Counted from the first letter of the stretch, positions 9,633 to 20,913 are shown. The stretch is 64,000 bases of DNA from Caldisericota bacterium (GCA_029548865.1 JAKPMO010000007.1:30264-94263); one strand, 5' to 3'. Made by a program: numbers and translations. The notes: generated by a model from the letters alone, not told the origin.

Positions 9633-10943
9633 ATGAACTACTGTGAAGCGCTTGACAAACTCGGAAGCCTTCACTACCTCGGTTCCAGGCTGGGGCTTGG
9701 AAGGATGATTCCACTGCTTGAATCGGTCGGAAGTCCCCAGTATTGCTATCCATACATTCATGTGACAGGCACAAAAGGGAAGGGTTCAACTTCCCTTATG
9801 ATTTCAAACATAATGCAGGCCTCCGGATACAAGGTTGGTCTTTACACCAGCCCACATCTCCAATCACTGCGAGAACGGATAAGAGTTAATGGAGAATTGA
9901 TAACAACAGGGGAGTTCTCCGATCTCGTGGACACAGTCTCACAAGTGGCAGAAGGGCTTGATAGCGAACTTGGGCCAGCAACTTTCTTCGAAGTAATGAC
10001 CGCCATGGCAATGCTCCATTTCAAAAATGCCGGCACACATGTTGGGATCTTTGAGGTTGGCCTTGGTGGGAGGCTGGATGCAACAAATGTCGTCGAAAAA
10101 CCTGCATGTTCAGTTATAACTGCAATTTCGTATGACCATATGGGAATACTTGGCGACACCCTCGAGCGCATCGCCAAGGAAAAAGCTGGTATTATAAAGA
10201 AAAACTGCCCACTTATTTGCGCAAAACAACCGGCAAAAGCCCTCGAGACACTCCTTGGAATAGCAAAAGACCGTAACGCAACCGTTTCAATTCAGGGGAA
10301 AGATTTTGACTATATCGACAGAGGGGCCGCCAATGGCATTGGGCAAACAATGGACTATCACTCGGATTTTGGCACCATAAAAGATATTTTTGTTCCACTT
10401 CTTGGTGAACATCAGCTCCAAAATGCCTCCATTGCAATAAGGGCCGCTGAAGTGACTTCCAGGAACGTGGGGCTAAAAATATCAGAAGATGCAATAAAAG
10501 AAGGCATAAAAAACTCTTTCTGGCCATGCAGACTGGAAGTGTTCCCAGGAGAGCCAACGATCATCCTGGATGGCGCCCACAATGGTGCATCTGCCGATGC
10601 ACTTGCTCATGCCCTTAGGCGTCACTTCAAATACAACTCGCTGACAATGGTGGTCGGACTCCTCAGGGACAAGGACACCACAAGGTTCATAAGGGCTCTG
10701 GCCCCAATGGCCAACAAAATCATTGCAACCACACCAAGTTACTACAGGAAACTCTCCTCTGACAAACTGTGTATGCGTTTCAGGCGAAGATTGTTCGAAT
10801 GCGATTCAATAGACAACCCGGCCGATGCGGTAGTAAAAGCCATCGAATCAACTCCAAAGGGTGGCGCAGTACTAGTGACAGGCTCGCTATACCTTGTTGG
10901 TGAAATGAGAACACTTTTAGGCCAGTTTGCACTTGCAAAATAA
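9633..10943 (+). CDS. folC: folylpolyglutamate synthase / dihydrofolate synthase
   Basis: Mur-ligase P-loop 'VTGTKGKGST'; 'TSPHL' motif. The ATG at 9633 is 1 nt after the valS stop (TGAAATG). valS-folC order is conserved. Confidence 0.9.
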   Translation: MNYCEALDKLGSLHYLGSRLGLGRMIPLLESVGSPQYCYPYIHVTGTKGKGSTSLMISNIMQASGYKVGLYTSPHLQSLRERIRVNGELITTGEFSDLVDTVSQVAEGLDSELGPATFFEVMTAMAMLHFKNAGTHVGIFEVGLGGRLDATNVVEKPACSVITAISYDHMGILGDTLERIAKEKAGIIKKNCPLICAKQPAKALETLLGIAKDRNATVSIQGKDFDYIDRGAANGIGQTMDYHSDFGTIKDIFVPLLGEHQLQNASIAIRAAEVTSRNVGLKISEDAIKEGIKNSFWPCRLEVFPGEPTIILDGAHNGASADALAHALRRHFKYNSLTMVVGLLRDKDTTRFIRALAPMANKIIATTPSYYRKLSSDKLCMRFRRRLFECDSIDNPADAVVKAIESTPKGGAVLVTGSLYLVGEMRTLLGQFALAK

Positions 10944-10977
10944 CAGAATAATCAATAATCTTTGCTTGGAGGACATT

Positions 10978-11580
10978 GTGAAAAAAATTATCGTTCTGGC
11001 GTTCGTGGCCATGATGGTCTTCGGACCCGTCGTAAATGTTCTTGCAGTGGATGGTGATCCTTCTGCTGTCGATACAATACAGCTTGGTGATCCAAAGGTA
11101 TCTGAAACCGTAAATGAACCAGACTTTTTCTCATCGATTGCCAAATTCTTTGACACACTCATCCCGATGGTTCCATGGGCACTCCTTGCCTCGGTGATTT
11201 TTATTGCCATGTGGGTATATTTTGATGCGTCCAGACGCACGAATTACGGCTGGTTATGGGGCATCGCATCCCTGCTTGTCGTACCATGGCTCATTTATCT
11301 TGCCTGCAGGCCGCCTTATACCATTGAAGAAATGAAACTTATCGAGGCAGATGCAAACCTAAGAAGAATAGAAAAAGAGTATTACCAGTACGTTCTCACA
11401 AAAGAGAAATACATCTGTGGCGTTTGCGGAACACCGGTACAACCCGATTATCAGGTCTGCCCAAGCTGCTACAAGGAACTCAAGAAAGTCTGTCCATCCT
11501 GCGGTAAACTCCTTGATCCGGAATGGCATATTTGCCCCTATTGCGCTTCGAGAATAACGGACAGGCCAAAGGGAGCCTGA
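10978..11580 (+). CDS. membrane protein with C-terminal double zinc-ribbon
   Basis: GTG start preceded by GGAGG. N-terminal signal/TM MKKIIVLAFVAMMVF. Two further TM segments. C-terminus has four CxxC pairs (CGVCG...CPSCY...CPSCG...CPYC). Confidence 0.5.
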   Translation: MKKIIVLAFVAMMVFGPVVNVLAVDGDPSAVDTIQLGDPKVSETVNEPDFFSSIAKFFDTLIPMVPWALLASVIFIAMWVYFDASRRTNYGWLWGIASLLVVPWLIYLACRPPYTIEEMKLIEADANLRRIEKEYYQYVLTKEKYICGVCGTPVQPDYQVCPSCYKELKKVCPSCGKLLDPEWHICPYCASRITDRPKGA

Positions 11581-11582
11581 AA

Positions 11583-14177
11583 ATGAAAAAAAGGGCGCTT
11601 GGTCTCTTAATTGCTCTTCTTCTTGTCACCGTTGGGGCCGCCACACCAACACCGGATGCGGCCACCAAAACTGGCGTCTGGCAGTACAGGCGGACGCTCA
11701 CAGTGTACGAGAAGGGTGGTGTTTCCAGAAAATCTTACGCCATCGACCTTGCGCTTTCAAAATCGGAGCTTGCCGATACAGCCTCTGACCTAAGATTGAC
11801 CGACAACAAGGGCACTCTCCTTCCATACCAGATTGTCTCAATAGAGAATGGAAAAGTAACCGTAAGGATACCTGTAGATCTAGAGCCAAACGGTAGAAAA
11901 GCTTTTTACATCTACTACGGAAACCCGCAAGCCCAGCCACCGCAAAGGGTCTTTGTCGGCTCCGAGAACATGATAGGCAATGATTTTGTTTCACTGGCAA
12001 TAGGCGAAGTCAAAATCTGTTCCTACTCAAAAGACAACAAAATAACCGTCACTGATGTCGCTGGTAATTATATAAAAGATATTTTTGGAAGAACGATAAG
12101 CCCCGAAACCTACCCTGCTGGAGGGATACGGAGCTTCAAACCCGAAAACCCGACAGTGATCAGGATACAAAGCACTGGCCTGTGCTCTGTGGCAATGGGA
12201 AACTTCGCAAAAGAAGAAACCGATTGCACAGCATTCATCTCCGGCGAGGCTCTCGTTTTTGTGCCATCATTTTTGGCCATCACAAGCCTCAGAGACGGAA
12301 ACAACGTGTCAGTATTCAACAGGGGCGAGTTGGCAAAAAAAGCTATCCTGAACTCAAACCAAACGCTTGTCTTTGATAACCTGCCGGCAGGAATGCGCAA
12401 AATACAATCAGACTATGATTGCGCCATCCAGTATGGCACCGCAAGCTCTTACTCATTCTTCTCGGTCCCGCAAAAAGGCCTTGTTTACTCCTACCTCCCA
12501 CTTGGTCCAACCGCAATTGTTGCCCACCAGAACAACACCGAGCTGTTTGTGACATGGTCCGACCCAACAATTCCGCCGCAAAAATTCGAGCTCTCATCTG
12601 CAGGGCAGATGCAAAGGCTTGAAACAAAATCGCCTTTAATCAAAAAAAGTGAAATTTACAACGCCACAACAATAACTTCGAACAAGCCGATAACCGTTTT
12701 GGCAATGGGGACTCAGGGTGGCCATGGTGCCACTTTCCTCCCAGGTGTTGATGGCAAACTGCTTTCAAAACGCTGGAACACGGTATCCGGGCCAATTGAC
12801 CCAAAAAATCCCTCAAACAGGAATATTGCTCTTATAGCCCCCTATTCAAAAACAACACTGTCATCGCCAACTGAAAGAAGGGTTTTCCCACCACTTCCAT
12901 CGAGCCCGATGTCAACATCACTGGTGAGTGTCACAACAGAATTCTCTCCTGTATTGGCTCAAACCAACCAGTACGCTGTCATTCTGGACGCAAATCCTGA
13001 CGACACGGCTTTGCTGTATCAGGTTCCCCCAATAAAAGACAAGAGCGTCATATTCACTCTTTCGGACCCGGAAGCTGCACCGGAAGGGTCGACCTGGATG
13101 CCGGAATCGCCAGTCTCCCCAGGGGGAGAGCCGGGCAAGCAGGAACAGCCAAATGAAAATTTCTTTACCAGCCTCTGGAAAACATTGACAAATCCGACTG
13201 AAAACCCGATGCAATTCTCGCTTGTTCTTCTTTTTGCGGCACTTATTCTAATAACTATCGCAGTCCTTCTCTGGAGGAGATCAAAGCATAGCCCAGAAGA
13301 TGACGCTGATGATGAAGACGAGGAAAAAACAGAGGCAAAAGAAGATAACACCACACAACCCTTATATCAAGATGACGGTATAAGTCAGGCAAGAGTAGAT
13401 TTTGAAGCGCTTGAAGAGCTTGACAAAGAGCCCCCCGTAAAACCTGAGGAAAAGGCCGAAGAAAAAGATTTTTCAGAAAATTGGCCAAAACAAGAGGCAA
13501 CAAAGCAGACACAAGCCCAGCAAACAACCACAAAACAGCCCGGGGAAAACATGAGAACCCCAAAACTGAGGCTCCCTAATCTCTCAAAATTCCTTTCACA
13601 AGAAGCGACCAATTCTATAAATTCCAGCAACGAAACTACGGCAAAGGAAGAGCCTCCTTGCAGTCACGAGACACCTCCACCCCCAGCAGAGGAAAGGCAT
13701 GAAGAGGCACCGATGGTTATGCCATCACCAATGGTCCAAGAGACAAAAGAACCTGAAGAGCCAGAGATAGATGTCACAGAATCAGAAATAGCCCAGCCGT
13801 CAGTTATATCTGAAGCAGTAGCACAGCTCGCAGACCAGATGAACAAGATGGGTGTCGTCGCTGATCCTGGTGCAATAATGAGATTACACAAAGAAGGTCT
13901 ATTGCCACTTCTTTCAAAAATATCCATCGCCCACACTGCTTATTCATTACTTCCAGGTGAATTGTCGATAGACCCAAGATTCGAGAGAATTCCAATAATG
14001 GGGAAAGAAGCCGAGAGAGCAAACAAAATCTCATCAGAACTAGGGGTATTTGAAGAAGTCGGAAGGGCGCTTGTCGTGGCAGAAAAAACGAGATCAGAGT
14101 TCTATATAACAACCGCACGCCTCCCGGAGAGAATGGGGAAACTCAAAGTTGTACACGTAGAGAGGTTTATAGGATAA
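11583..14177 (+). CDS. large type-I membrane/surface protein with an extracellular beta-rich region, a single TM and a ~300-aa hyper-acidic, Pro-rich cytoplasmic tail
   Basis: Signal peptide MKKRALGLLIALLLVTVGAA. TM 'FSLVLLFAALILITIAVLLWRR'. Tail DDADDEDEEKTEAKED, ETPPPPAEERHEEAP. Stop overlaps the start of the downstream AMMECR1 gene (ATAATG). Confidence 0.5.
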   Translation: MKKRALGLLIALLLVTVGAATPTPDAATKTGVWQYRRTLTVYEKGGVSRKSYAIDLALSKSELADTASDLRLTDNKGTLLPYQIVSIENGKVTVRIPVDLEPNGRKAFYIYYGNPQAQPPQRVFVGSENMIGNDFVSLAIGEVKICSYSKDNKITVTDVAGNYIKDIFGRTISPETYPAGGIRSFKPENPTVIRIQSTGLCSVAMGNFAKEETDCTAFISGEALVFVPSFLAITSLRDGNNVSVFNRGELAKKAILNSNQTLVFDNLPAGMRKIQSDYDCAIQYGTASSYSFFSVPQKGLVYSYLPLGPTAIVAHQNNTELFVTWSDPTIPPQKFELSSAGQMQRLETKSPLIKKSEIYNATTITSNKPITVLAMGTQGGHGATFLPGVDGKLLSKRWNTVSGPIDPKNPSNRNIALIAPYSKTTLSSPTERRVFPPLPSSPMSTSLVSVTTEFSPVLAQTNQYAVILDANPDDTALLYQVPPIKDKSVIFTLSDPEAAPEGSTWMPESPVSPGGEPGKQEQPNENFFTSLWKTLTNPTENPMQFSLVLLFAALILITIAVLLWRRSKHSPEDDADDEDEEKTEAKEDNTTQPLYQDDGISQARVDFEALEELDKEPPVKPEEKAEEKDFSENWPKQEATKQTQAQQTTTKQPGENMRTPKLRLPNLSKFLSQEATNSINSSNETTAKEEPPCSHETPPPPAEERHEEAPMVMPSPMVQETKEPEEPEIDVTESEIAQPSVISEAVAQLADQMNKMGVVADPGAIMRLHKEGLLPLLSKISIAHTAYSLLPGELSIDPRFERIPIMGKEAERANKISSELGVFEEVGRALVVAEKTRSEFYITTARLPERMGKLKVVHVERFIG

Positions 14178-14686
14178 TGCCGGACGAGTTTGTCGAGCTG
14201 GCCAGAAAAGCAATAAAAGCATGGGTCCTTGAAAAGAGGACCATAGAAACACCGGCACCTGTTCCCGAAAACATGAAGGGGAAGGCCGGTGTTTTCGTTT
14301 CAATACATGAAGATGGCGACCTGAGGGGGTGCATAGGAACCTTCCTGCCAACAACAGCCAATATTGCCCACGAGATAATCGAGATGGCTATTGAGGCATG
14401 TTCCCAGGATCCAAGATTCATGCCTATCAGGCCAAACGAGCTGGACAAACTTGAAATAAATGTCGATGTGCTTAGCTCACCTGAGCCAATAGACAACATT
14501 ATACAGCTTGATCCAAAAACCTATGGGGTGATAGTTTCCAGGGGACCAAGAAGGGGCCTTCTCCTGCCTGACCTTGAGGGCATTGACACAGCAGAGCAGC
14601 AGGTGGCGATAGCCAGGAGAAAAGCTGGAATATATGATGATGGCCCGGTCCAGTTGCAGCGCTTCAAGGTAACAAGGCACACCTAA
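14177..14686 (+). CDS. AMMECR1-domain protein
   Basis: 'LRGCIGTF' motif and length (169 aa) are typical of the AMMECR1 family. Confidence 0.85.
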   Translation: MPDEFVELARKAIKAWVLEKRTIETPAPVPENMKGKAGVFVSIHEDGDLRGCIGTFLPTTANIAHEIIEMAIEACSQDPRFMPIRPNELDKLEINVDVLSSPEPIDNIIQLDPKTYGVIVSRGPRRGLLLPDLEGIDTAEQQVAIARRKAGIYDDGPVQLQRFKVTRHT

Positions 14687-14817
14687 AAAAAGTCAATTCA
14701 CCTGTAATTATTTAAGGAAGAAACAGTCTAAAGAACCAAGTCACAATGGTGGCCCAGTTTTTTATATTTACCTTAATGGCTTTTAAGATATAATATCAGT
14801 TTGTTCAAGGAGGCCTT

Positions 14818-15717
14818 GTGAAAAAGATTGTTTCTGTCAGTTTAGGTTCGTCATCACGCGACCATGCCTACACGACTGAACTTCTTGGAGAAAAATTTGA
14901 AATCTCAAGGGTTGGAACCGATGGCGATGTCGACAAGATGGTGGAGCTATTCAAAAAGCTTGATCTTGAAGTCAACGCTTTTGGCATGGGTGGTGGAGAC
15001 ATATACCTTCGCCCTGGCAACAAAACATACGTCCTCCGTGAACCTTACAAATGGTCTAAAGCTGCACCGACAAAACCTGTTTGCGATGGCGCATACTTCA
15101 AAGCCGTCATGGAACCTCTGGTCATTCACAACCTGTTCCAGCAGGGGTTCTTAAAAAAAGACATGAAGGTACTTGTAATGACGGCAGTAGACAGGTATTT
15201 TCTTGCAAAGGCTTTTGCAGATGAAGGATGCAGGTGTGTTTTTGGCGATATGCCATTTTCACTGGGAATACCACTTGGAGTCACCAGTTTGGGGACAATA
15301 AGGTTTCTTGGAACAACACTCCTGCCAATCATAACTAAGCTCCCATACCACTGGCTCTACCCTCTCGGCTCAAGCCAGGAAAAAATGAAAAACAAACCAA
15401 ACAGGTTCTTTGCATGGGCAGATGTTGTGGCTGGAGATCTTCATTACATAAGGAAAAACATGCCACTCGACATGAAAGGCAAAATAATCTGCACAAACAC
15501 AACAACGAAGAAAAACCTTGACGAATTCAAAGAGAGGGGTGTAAAGGCTGTTGTAACATTTACTCCTGACATGAATGGAAGAACATTTGGGGCAAATGTT
15601 TTGGAAGCAGTTTTTGCTTCGATACTTGGCAAACACCCCCAAGAAACAACTGAAAAAGAATACCAGGACCTTATTGGCAAACTGGGCATTCAAAAACCAA
15701 ATATAGTTATGCTCTAA
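14818..15717 (+). CDS. conserved hypothetical protein, GTG start. It is Gly-rich and possibly has a Rossmann/AroM-like fold. This is unverified.
   Basis: 299-aa ORF with CAAGGAGG upstream and a TATAAT-like promoter at ~14793. No family was recognised with confidence. Confidence 0.4.
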   Translation: MKKIVSVSLGSSSRDHAYTTELLGEKFEISRVGTDGDVDKMVELFKKLDLEVNAFGMGGGDIYLRPGNKTYVLREPYKWSKAAPTKPVCDGAYFKAVMEPLVIHNLFQQGFLKKDMKVLVMTAVDRYFLAKAFADEGCRCVFGDMPFSLGIPLGVTSLGTIRFLGTTLLPIITKLPYHWLYPLGSSQEKMKNKPNRFFAWADVVAGDLHYIRKNMPLDMKGKIICTNTTTKKNLDEFKERGVKAVVTFTPDMNGRTFGANVLEAVFASILGKHPQETTEKEYQDLIGKLGIQKPNIVML

Positions 15718-15729
15718 GGAGAGGACATC

Positions 15730-16248
15730 ATGAGCACAAAGCAGAATGAAGAAGCAAAACCGCAGATAAAACATGGCAGCGAGCACCTTCTGACAAGAGA
15801 AGGCTACAAAAAACTGTATGCTGAGCTAGAAGACCTGAAAAACAACAAAAGGCAGGAGATTGCCGAAAGAATCAGGCAGGCAAAAACCTTTGGAGATATA
15901 TCGGAAAATGCCGAATATGATGAGGCCAAAAAAGACCAGGCATTCATCGAGGGCAGAATACAACAGCTTGAAAATATCCTTTCAGACTGTGAAATAATTG
16001 AATCCGAAGACGTAGATTTGCACGAAGTCAATATTGGCTGCACCGTAACAGTCGTCAATCTTAGCACCCATGAAAATATGACAGTGACAATCGTTGGCAC
16101 ATACGAGGCAAAACCGCAAGAGGACAAGATTTCAAACGTGTCTCCACTTGGCAGGGAACTGCTCGGCCATGAGACTGGTGATGTTGTCCGCGTTGTTACC
16201 CCAAAGGGTGACGTAAAATACAGAATACTGAAGATATCCAGAGGATAA
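15730..16248 (+). CDS. greA: transcription elongation factor GreA
   Basis: 'LTREGYKKL...TFGDISENAEYDEAK' N-terminal coiled coil plus a C-terminal FKBP-like domain. Confidence 0.9.
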   Translation: MSTKQNEEAKPQIKHGSEHLLTREGYKKLYAELEDLKNNKRQEIAERIRQAKTFGDISENAEYDEAKKDQAFIEGRIQQLENILSDCEIIESEDVDLHEVNIGCTVTVVNLSTHENMTVTIVGTYEAKPQEDKISNVSPLGRELLGHETGDVVRVVTPKGDVKYRILKISRG

Positions 16249-16252
16249 GACA

Positions 16253-17716
16253 ATGTTCAATGAATCAATGATGGCGAAGCTGGCCAAGCTGCGCGAGGCC
16301 GGAAAAGATGTATACCCGCCAAGGGTCCCGAAACCAACTTCCGAGGCAGAGACAGTAAAGGCCAATTTTGAAAAATTTGAAAACCAGACTGTAACAATAG
16401 CTGGCAGGATAACTGCCCAACGCGGCCACGGCAAGGCGATGTTTCTTGAGGTCGCAGATGAAACTGGACCAATACAGCTTTACGTCAGGGTCGATGATGT
16501 AGGCGAAGAAATCTATGGCCTGATAAGAGATGCACTCGATGTTGGTGACCTCGTTGTAGTGACTGGCTCGGTGTTCAAAACCAGGACTGGCGAAGTAACC
16601 ATCCACACAAAAGAGTTTATGTGGGCAACCAAGGCGCTGGAAGGACTGCCAGAAAAATGGCATGGTCTGAAAGACTCCGAAATAAGATACAGGAAACGCC
16701 ATCTGGACATGATTGCAAATTCAGAGGTCAGGGAGCGTTTCAGCAAAAGAACCAGAATAATCAGAGCAATAAGAGAGTTTTTGTGGAATGAGGGTTTTGA
16801 GGAAGTCGAAACCCCGACACTCCAGCCGCTCTATGGTGGTGCACTGGCAAAACCATTCATGACCCACCATAATGCGCTTGATATGGACCTTTACCTCAGG
16901 ATTGCCCCGGAGCTCTACCTAAAAAGGCTCATTGTCGGTGGAATGCCAAAAGTATTCGAGATCGGCAAGGCCTTCAGAAATGAAGGCATATCACTTGTCC
17001 ACAACCCGGAGTTCACAATCATGGAACTTTACCAGGCCTGGGCAGACTACCACGACATGATGGACATCACCGAGAGGATGGTTTCTTCTGTCGCAAAAAC
17101 AATCACTGGGTCTTTTGTCATCAATTTCCAGGGTGAGGAAATCGATCTGACACCGCCATGGAAAAGATTGACAATGGCAGAGGCATTCAAGGAATATGCC
17201 GGCGTTGAGATCGAAAAACTCAGGGACGCAAAGTTTGCATTTGCTTTCCTTCAGGAAAATGGCGTCAAGATGGAAAAGAAGCCTGGTTTTGGCGGTTTCT
17301 GCGACGAAACGCTGAAAAAGCTTGTTGAGCCAAAAATCAAGAATCCAACCTTTATCTACAATTACCCGATAGAGCTTTCGCCACTAGCAAAGCTCATTCC
17401 AGGCGAGACCATGTGGGTTGAAAGGTTCCAGCCAGTCATCGCAGGTTATGAAGTAGGAAATGCTTTCTCTGAACTCAACGATCCACAAGACCAGTTGAAC
17501 AGATTTGAAGGTCAGGAAAAAGCCAGAAGCAGTGGAGATGAAGAAGCACATCAGACCGATACAGACTTTGTTGAAACACTAGCAGTTGGCATGCCGCCAA
17601 CTGGAGGACTTGGGATAGGCATTGACAGGATTGTTATGCTTTTAACAGATCAGGTTTCAATAAGGGAAGTTCTCGCATTCCCTCAACTCAGGAGGCAAAG
17701 TGGGGATATTTCTTGA
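16253..17716 (+). CDS. lysS: lysine--tRNA ligase (class II)
   Basis: OB-fold N-terminus. Class II motifs '[11 protein letters not shown]', 'ELNDPQDQ', '[15 protein letters not shown]'. Confidence 0.95.
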   Translation: MFNESMMAKLAKLREAGKDVYPPRVPKPTSEAETVKANFEKFENQTVTIAGRITAQRGHGKAMFLEVADETGPIQLYVRVDDVGEEIYGLIRDALDVGDLVVVTGSVFKTRTGEVTIHTKEFMWATKALEGLPEKWHGLKDSEIRYRKRHLDMIANSEVRERFSKRTRIIRAIREFLWNEGFEEVETPTLQPLYGGALAKPFMTHHNALDMDLYLRIAPELYLKRLIVGGMPKVFEIGKAFRNEGISLVHNPEFTIMELYQAWADYHDMMDITERMVSSVAKTITGSFVINFQGEEIDLTPPWKRLTMAEAFKEYAGVEIEKLRDAKFAFAFLQENGVKMEKKPGFGGFCDETLKKLVEPKIKNPTFIYNYPIELSPLAKLIPGETMWVERFQPVIAGYEVGNAFSELNDPQDQLNRFEGQEKARSSGDEEAHQTDTDFVETLAVGMPPTGGLGIGIDRIVMLLTDQVSIREVLAFPQLRRQSGDIS

Positions 17717-18701
17717 AATAATTGAATGGTTGGACAACTCCGGCGTTGAACTGCTCCACAGGGAACCGCCGCAGGGTTCTGCAGACATCAAAATGGGTGC
17801 CCAACTTATTGTTCGAGAGGGCCAGCTTGCCATCTTCATGTCAAACGGCAAAGTGGCCGACATGTTCGGCCCAGGCAAATACACACTTTCTACCGAGAAC
17901 ATCCCCATACTGACACAATTGCTTTCAATTCCTTACGGCTTCAAGTCTCCCTTTAGGGCAGAGGTACTTTTCATTTCAACAGTACAGATGCCCGGTTTCA
18001 AATTCGGAACACCTGATTCAATACCATTCCGCGATAAAGAACTCGGCGTTGTAAGGGTAAAAGCATTCGGCAACTATACCCTGAGAGTGGACGACCCAAG
18101 AAAATTTATTACTGAAATAGTGGGCACAAAGGGTTTTATGACCCGAGGCAAAATCGAAGATTTCATGCGCGGTATTGTGGCCTCAAAATTTACCGACATG
18201 CTCGGCGAGTCCCTGACCACCGTCTTTGACCTTCCAAAAATTTACCAGGAAATCGGTGACCAGCTTTCAAAATCCATAAACGGTGAAGTGTCCAAATTCG
18301 GACTTTCCTGCCTCGCTGCATTTATCGAATCAATAGGCCTTCCGCCAGAAGTCGAAACTGCAATAGACGAGAGGGCCGGGATGGGTGTCATAAAAGACAT
18401 GAATGCCTATCTGGCATACAAGGCCGCAAAGGGCATGGAAAAGGGTGGCGAAGGAATGATGGGTGCAGCTACTCAAATAGGTGCAGGGTTTGTAATGGGT
18501 GGCAAAATAGTCGAGAACCTCTCAAAGGGGACCGACGCAAAGGTTTCAAATGAGATCTGCCCTGAGTGCGGCAAACCCATACAGCAAAACACCAAATTCT
18601 GCCCCAATTGTGGGAAAAATCTTCAGTTAAATTGCAAAAAGTGCGGCCAGTCTGTACCGGAAGGCGCAAAGTTCTGCCCGAACTGTGGCGAAAAAATCTA
18701 G
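17700..18701 (+). CDS. SPFH/band-7 domain protein with C-terminal double zinc-ribbon (COG4260-like)
   Basis: SPFH-like core. C-terminus '[19 protein letters not shown]...[19 protein letters not shown]'. Overlaps lysS 3' end by 17 nt. Confidence 0.65.
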   Translation: MGIFLEIIEWLDNSGVELLHREPPQGSADIKMGAQLIVREGQLAIFMSNGKVADMFGPGKYTLSTENIPILTQLLSIPYGFKSPFRAEVLFISTVQMPGFKFGTPDSIPFRDKELGVVRVKAFGNYTLRVDDPRKFITEIVGTKGFMTRGKIEDFMRGIVASKFTDMLGESLTTVFDLPKIYQEIGDQLSKSINGEVSKFGLSCLAAFIESIGLPPEVETAIDERAGMGVIKDMNAYLAYKAAKGMEKGGEGMMGAATQIGAGFVMGGKIVENLSKGTDAKVSNEICPECGKPIQQNTKFCPNCGKNLQLNCKKCGQSVPEGAKFCPNCGEKI

Positions 18702-19719
18702 CCTTCTCAAAAAAGCCACAAAAAGGGTTTTTGTATGGCTCGGGATTGTTGTTATCCCAATTTTTATTCTTGCCTCAGCGATCTATGTTGCCGAAGGGGG
18801 ATTGCCAGGCTCCTCAATAAAAAATTTCCTTGACGCAGTGTGGTGGACTGTTGTCACAATGTCCACTGTAGGGTATGGAGATGTTGTACCCATAACATCA
18901 ATTGGCAGGGTGATAGCCATTCTTGCCATGTTCTCCGGAATAATCATGATAGCTGGCCTTACTGCCACGCTGGCCAGCACCCTGATTGAAAGGGTGGTCA
19001 AAAGAATGAATCAAAATAAGGTCGAAAGATTTAGGGATCATGTGTTGATTTTGGGGTGGAATGAGAATGGCCTGAGAATCATCGGAGACCTTTACAGGGA
19101 ATGCCAGGAAAAACAGATAGGAATCGTTGTAATGGCAGACATTGAACCACCATCCTCAATCCAGCAAGATACATACTTCATTAAAGGTGACCCAACGAGA
19201 CTTGAAAACCTCGACAGGGCATCTGCAGAACACGCAAAAGCAGCCGTTGTGCTGGCCGATTTTGAAATCAACGCCAGAAACACCGACTCAAAAGTCATAC
19301 TTACGGCACTTGCAGTAAAGAGGGTTTCCAAAAACAGGTGCAGGGTCATCTGCGAAGTTTTACTTGAAGAAGACGCAGAATACCTGCGTCATGCAGGAGT
19401 GGACGAGATTATTGTCAGGTCAGGGGTTGCAGGAGACCTTTTGTCGCGTTCTGTGTCTAATCCTGGTGTGGCAGAATTAATGCAAATATTGCTAAAAACC
19501 GAATCACCCGGTTCGCTTGGAAGAATATCTATCCCTGCGCCTTTTCATGGGAAAAGGTATGAGGAACTCGTCATGGCACTTTATAGTCAATCAGAAATGA
19601 TTGTGGTTGCACTAATAAGGAGTGGCAATATGATGGTAAATCCATCACAAAATGAAATAATCCAGCCAGGTGACGAAGCCTTCATTGTTTCCGCTTCCGG
19701 CGGCGAATGCAGAATCTAA
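18685..19719 (+). CDS. K+ channel with RCK/TrkA domains (MthK-like)
   Basis: Selectivity filter 'TVGYGDV'. Two N-terminal TM helices. RCK-N '[17 protein letters not shown]' and RCK-C '[16 protein letters not shown]'. Overlaps the upstream gene by 17 nt. Confidence 0.85.
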   Translation: MAKKSSLLKKATKRVFVWLGIVVIPIFILASAIYVAEGGLPGSSIKNFLDAVWWTVVTMSTVGYGDVVPITSIGRVIAILAMFSGIIMIAGLTATLASTLIERVVKRMNQNKVERFRDHVLILGWNENGLRIIGDLYRECQEKQIGIVVMADIEPPSSIQQDTYFIKGDPTRLENLDRASAEHAKAAVVLADFEINARNTDSKVILTALAVKRVSKNRCRVICEVLLEEDAEYLRHAGVDEIIVRSGVAGDLLSRSVSNPGVAELMQILLKTESPGSLGRISIPAPFHGKRYEELVMALYSQSEMIVVALIRSGNMMVNPSQNEIIQPGDEAFIVSASGGECRI

Positions 19720-19737
19720 AACAGGAGGACTAGACAC

Positions 19738-20895
19738 ATGGCCAAGATGACTGCCAAAACTCTAACAAGATATATTGTTGTTGCCGGTTTGATGTCTTTT
19801 GTAATCATCTTCATCATCATGCAATTTTCCACGGGCTTTGACTTCTCAAAAATGGGTGAAGCAGTCTCAAAAGCAAACTGGTGGTGGATACTCGCTGCAG
19901 CACTATGCAATGTTGCATCGTTTCTCTGCGAGGCTTTCCAGCTCTGGTTTCTCTCCAGGGCATTGGGCAAAAAACCGGGTTTCTGGCGGATGATGCAGAT
20001 ATATTTTGTAGGAAACTTCTTTTCAAATGCCACACCTTCGACATCGGGTGGTGAGCCTTTCCAGGTTTATTTCATGATGGACGACGGCTTCTCTGTGGCA
20101 GAGGGAATGGTAATGGTAGCAGTCAGGGGCCTCATATCTGTAATGGTGAGGATTCTCTATGTGCTCGTAACAGTGGCCCTGATAGCATTGGGAATTTTCA
20201 GGTTAAACCTTAGTTTCACATTTGATTTGATTTTCTACATTACTCTAGCGGCATTTGCGCTTCTTGTGGTGGCTGGATTCATAATTATCATGAACCCACA
20301 TATTTTTTCGTTTTTGGTCAAATTCTTTTCAAGGTTCCGCTGGATCCGCAAGCTGGCAAAAATACAAGATCCCAAGCAATTTATTCAAAAAGGCGAGCTT
20401 TTCCTTGGCGAAATAAGATCATCAGCAAAACTGCTCATTCAAGGGAAAAAGATATGGATGATTGGTGCGATTTTCAATTCCATCCTGACATGGGTACTCC
20501 TGAAAACCATGCCATTTTTTATCATGCTTGCCCTAAACGAGCACCCAAATATATTTGTTATTTTTGCAATAGGTGTGATCTCACAACTCGCCACCGCATG
20601 GGTGCCAACACCCGGTGCAGTCGGAGGAATAGAAACTGGAATGCTTGCGTTTGCATCAACCATGCAGACTCCTGGAAACATAGGACTGTTTGTATTTATT
20701 TATAGGCTGATGGACTACCACATGGATGTTCTTGTTGGCGCACCCATAGCTTTGAGGCTCTTGTCTAAAAAGCTCGGAAAAGATACCAGCAATGCCGATT
20801 TATCAGCACTCACCAGCCAGATAAGCCAGAAAATGGAAGAAGAAAAAGAAAAGATGGCTCAAGAAGAACTTGCCTCAGAGCACAAGGTAAATTGA
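19738..20895 (+). CDS. UPF0104 / LPG-synthase-TM (flippase-like) family membrane protein
   Basis: Polytopic. 'FFSNATPSTSGGEPFQVYF' and 'TPGAVGGIETGM' motifs typical of PF03706. Confidence 0.65.
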   Translation: MAKMTAKTLTRYIVVAGLMSFVIIFIIMQFSTGFDFSKMGEAVSKANWWWILAAALCNVASFLCEAFQLWFLSRALGKKPGFWRMMQIYFVGNFFSNATPSTSGGEPFQVYFMMDDGFSVAEGMVMVAVRGLISVMVRILYVLVTVALIALGIFRLNLSFTFDLIFYITLAAFALLVVAGFIIIMNPHIFSFLVKFFSRFRWIRKLAKIQDPKQFIQKGELFLGEIRSSAKLLIQGKKIWMIGAIFNSILTWVLLKTMPFFIMLALNEHPNIFVIFAIGVISQLATAWVPTPGAVGGIETGMLAFASTMQTPGNIGLFVFIYRLMDYHMDVLVGAPIALRLLSKKLGKDTSNADLSALTSQISQKMEEEKEKMAQEELASEHKVN

Positions 20896-20913
20896 GGCAG
20901 GGAAATCGAAGGA

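Noticed and set aside
7516-9789. Numerous antisense ORFs (100-200 aa) inside valS, folC and other long genes
   Set aside because: They lie wholly within well-supported genes on the opposite strand, with no SDs and biased amino-acid composition. These are typical shadow ORFs.
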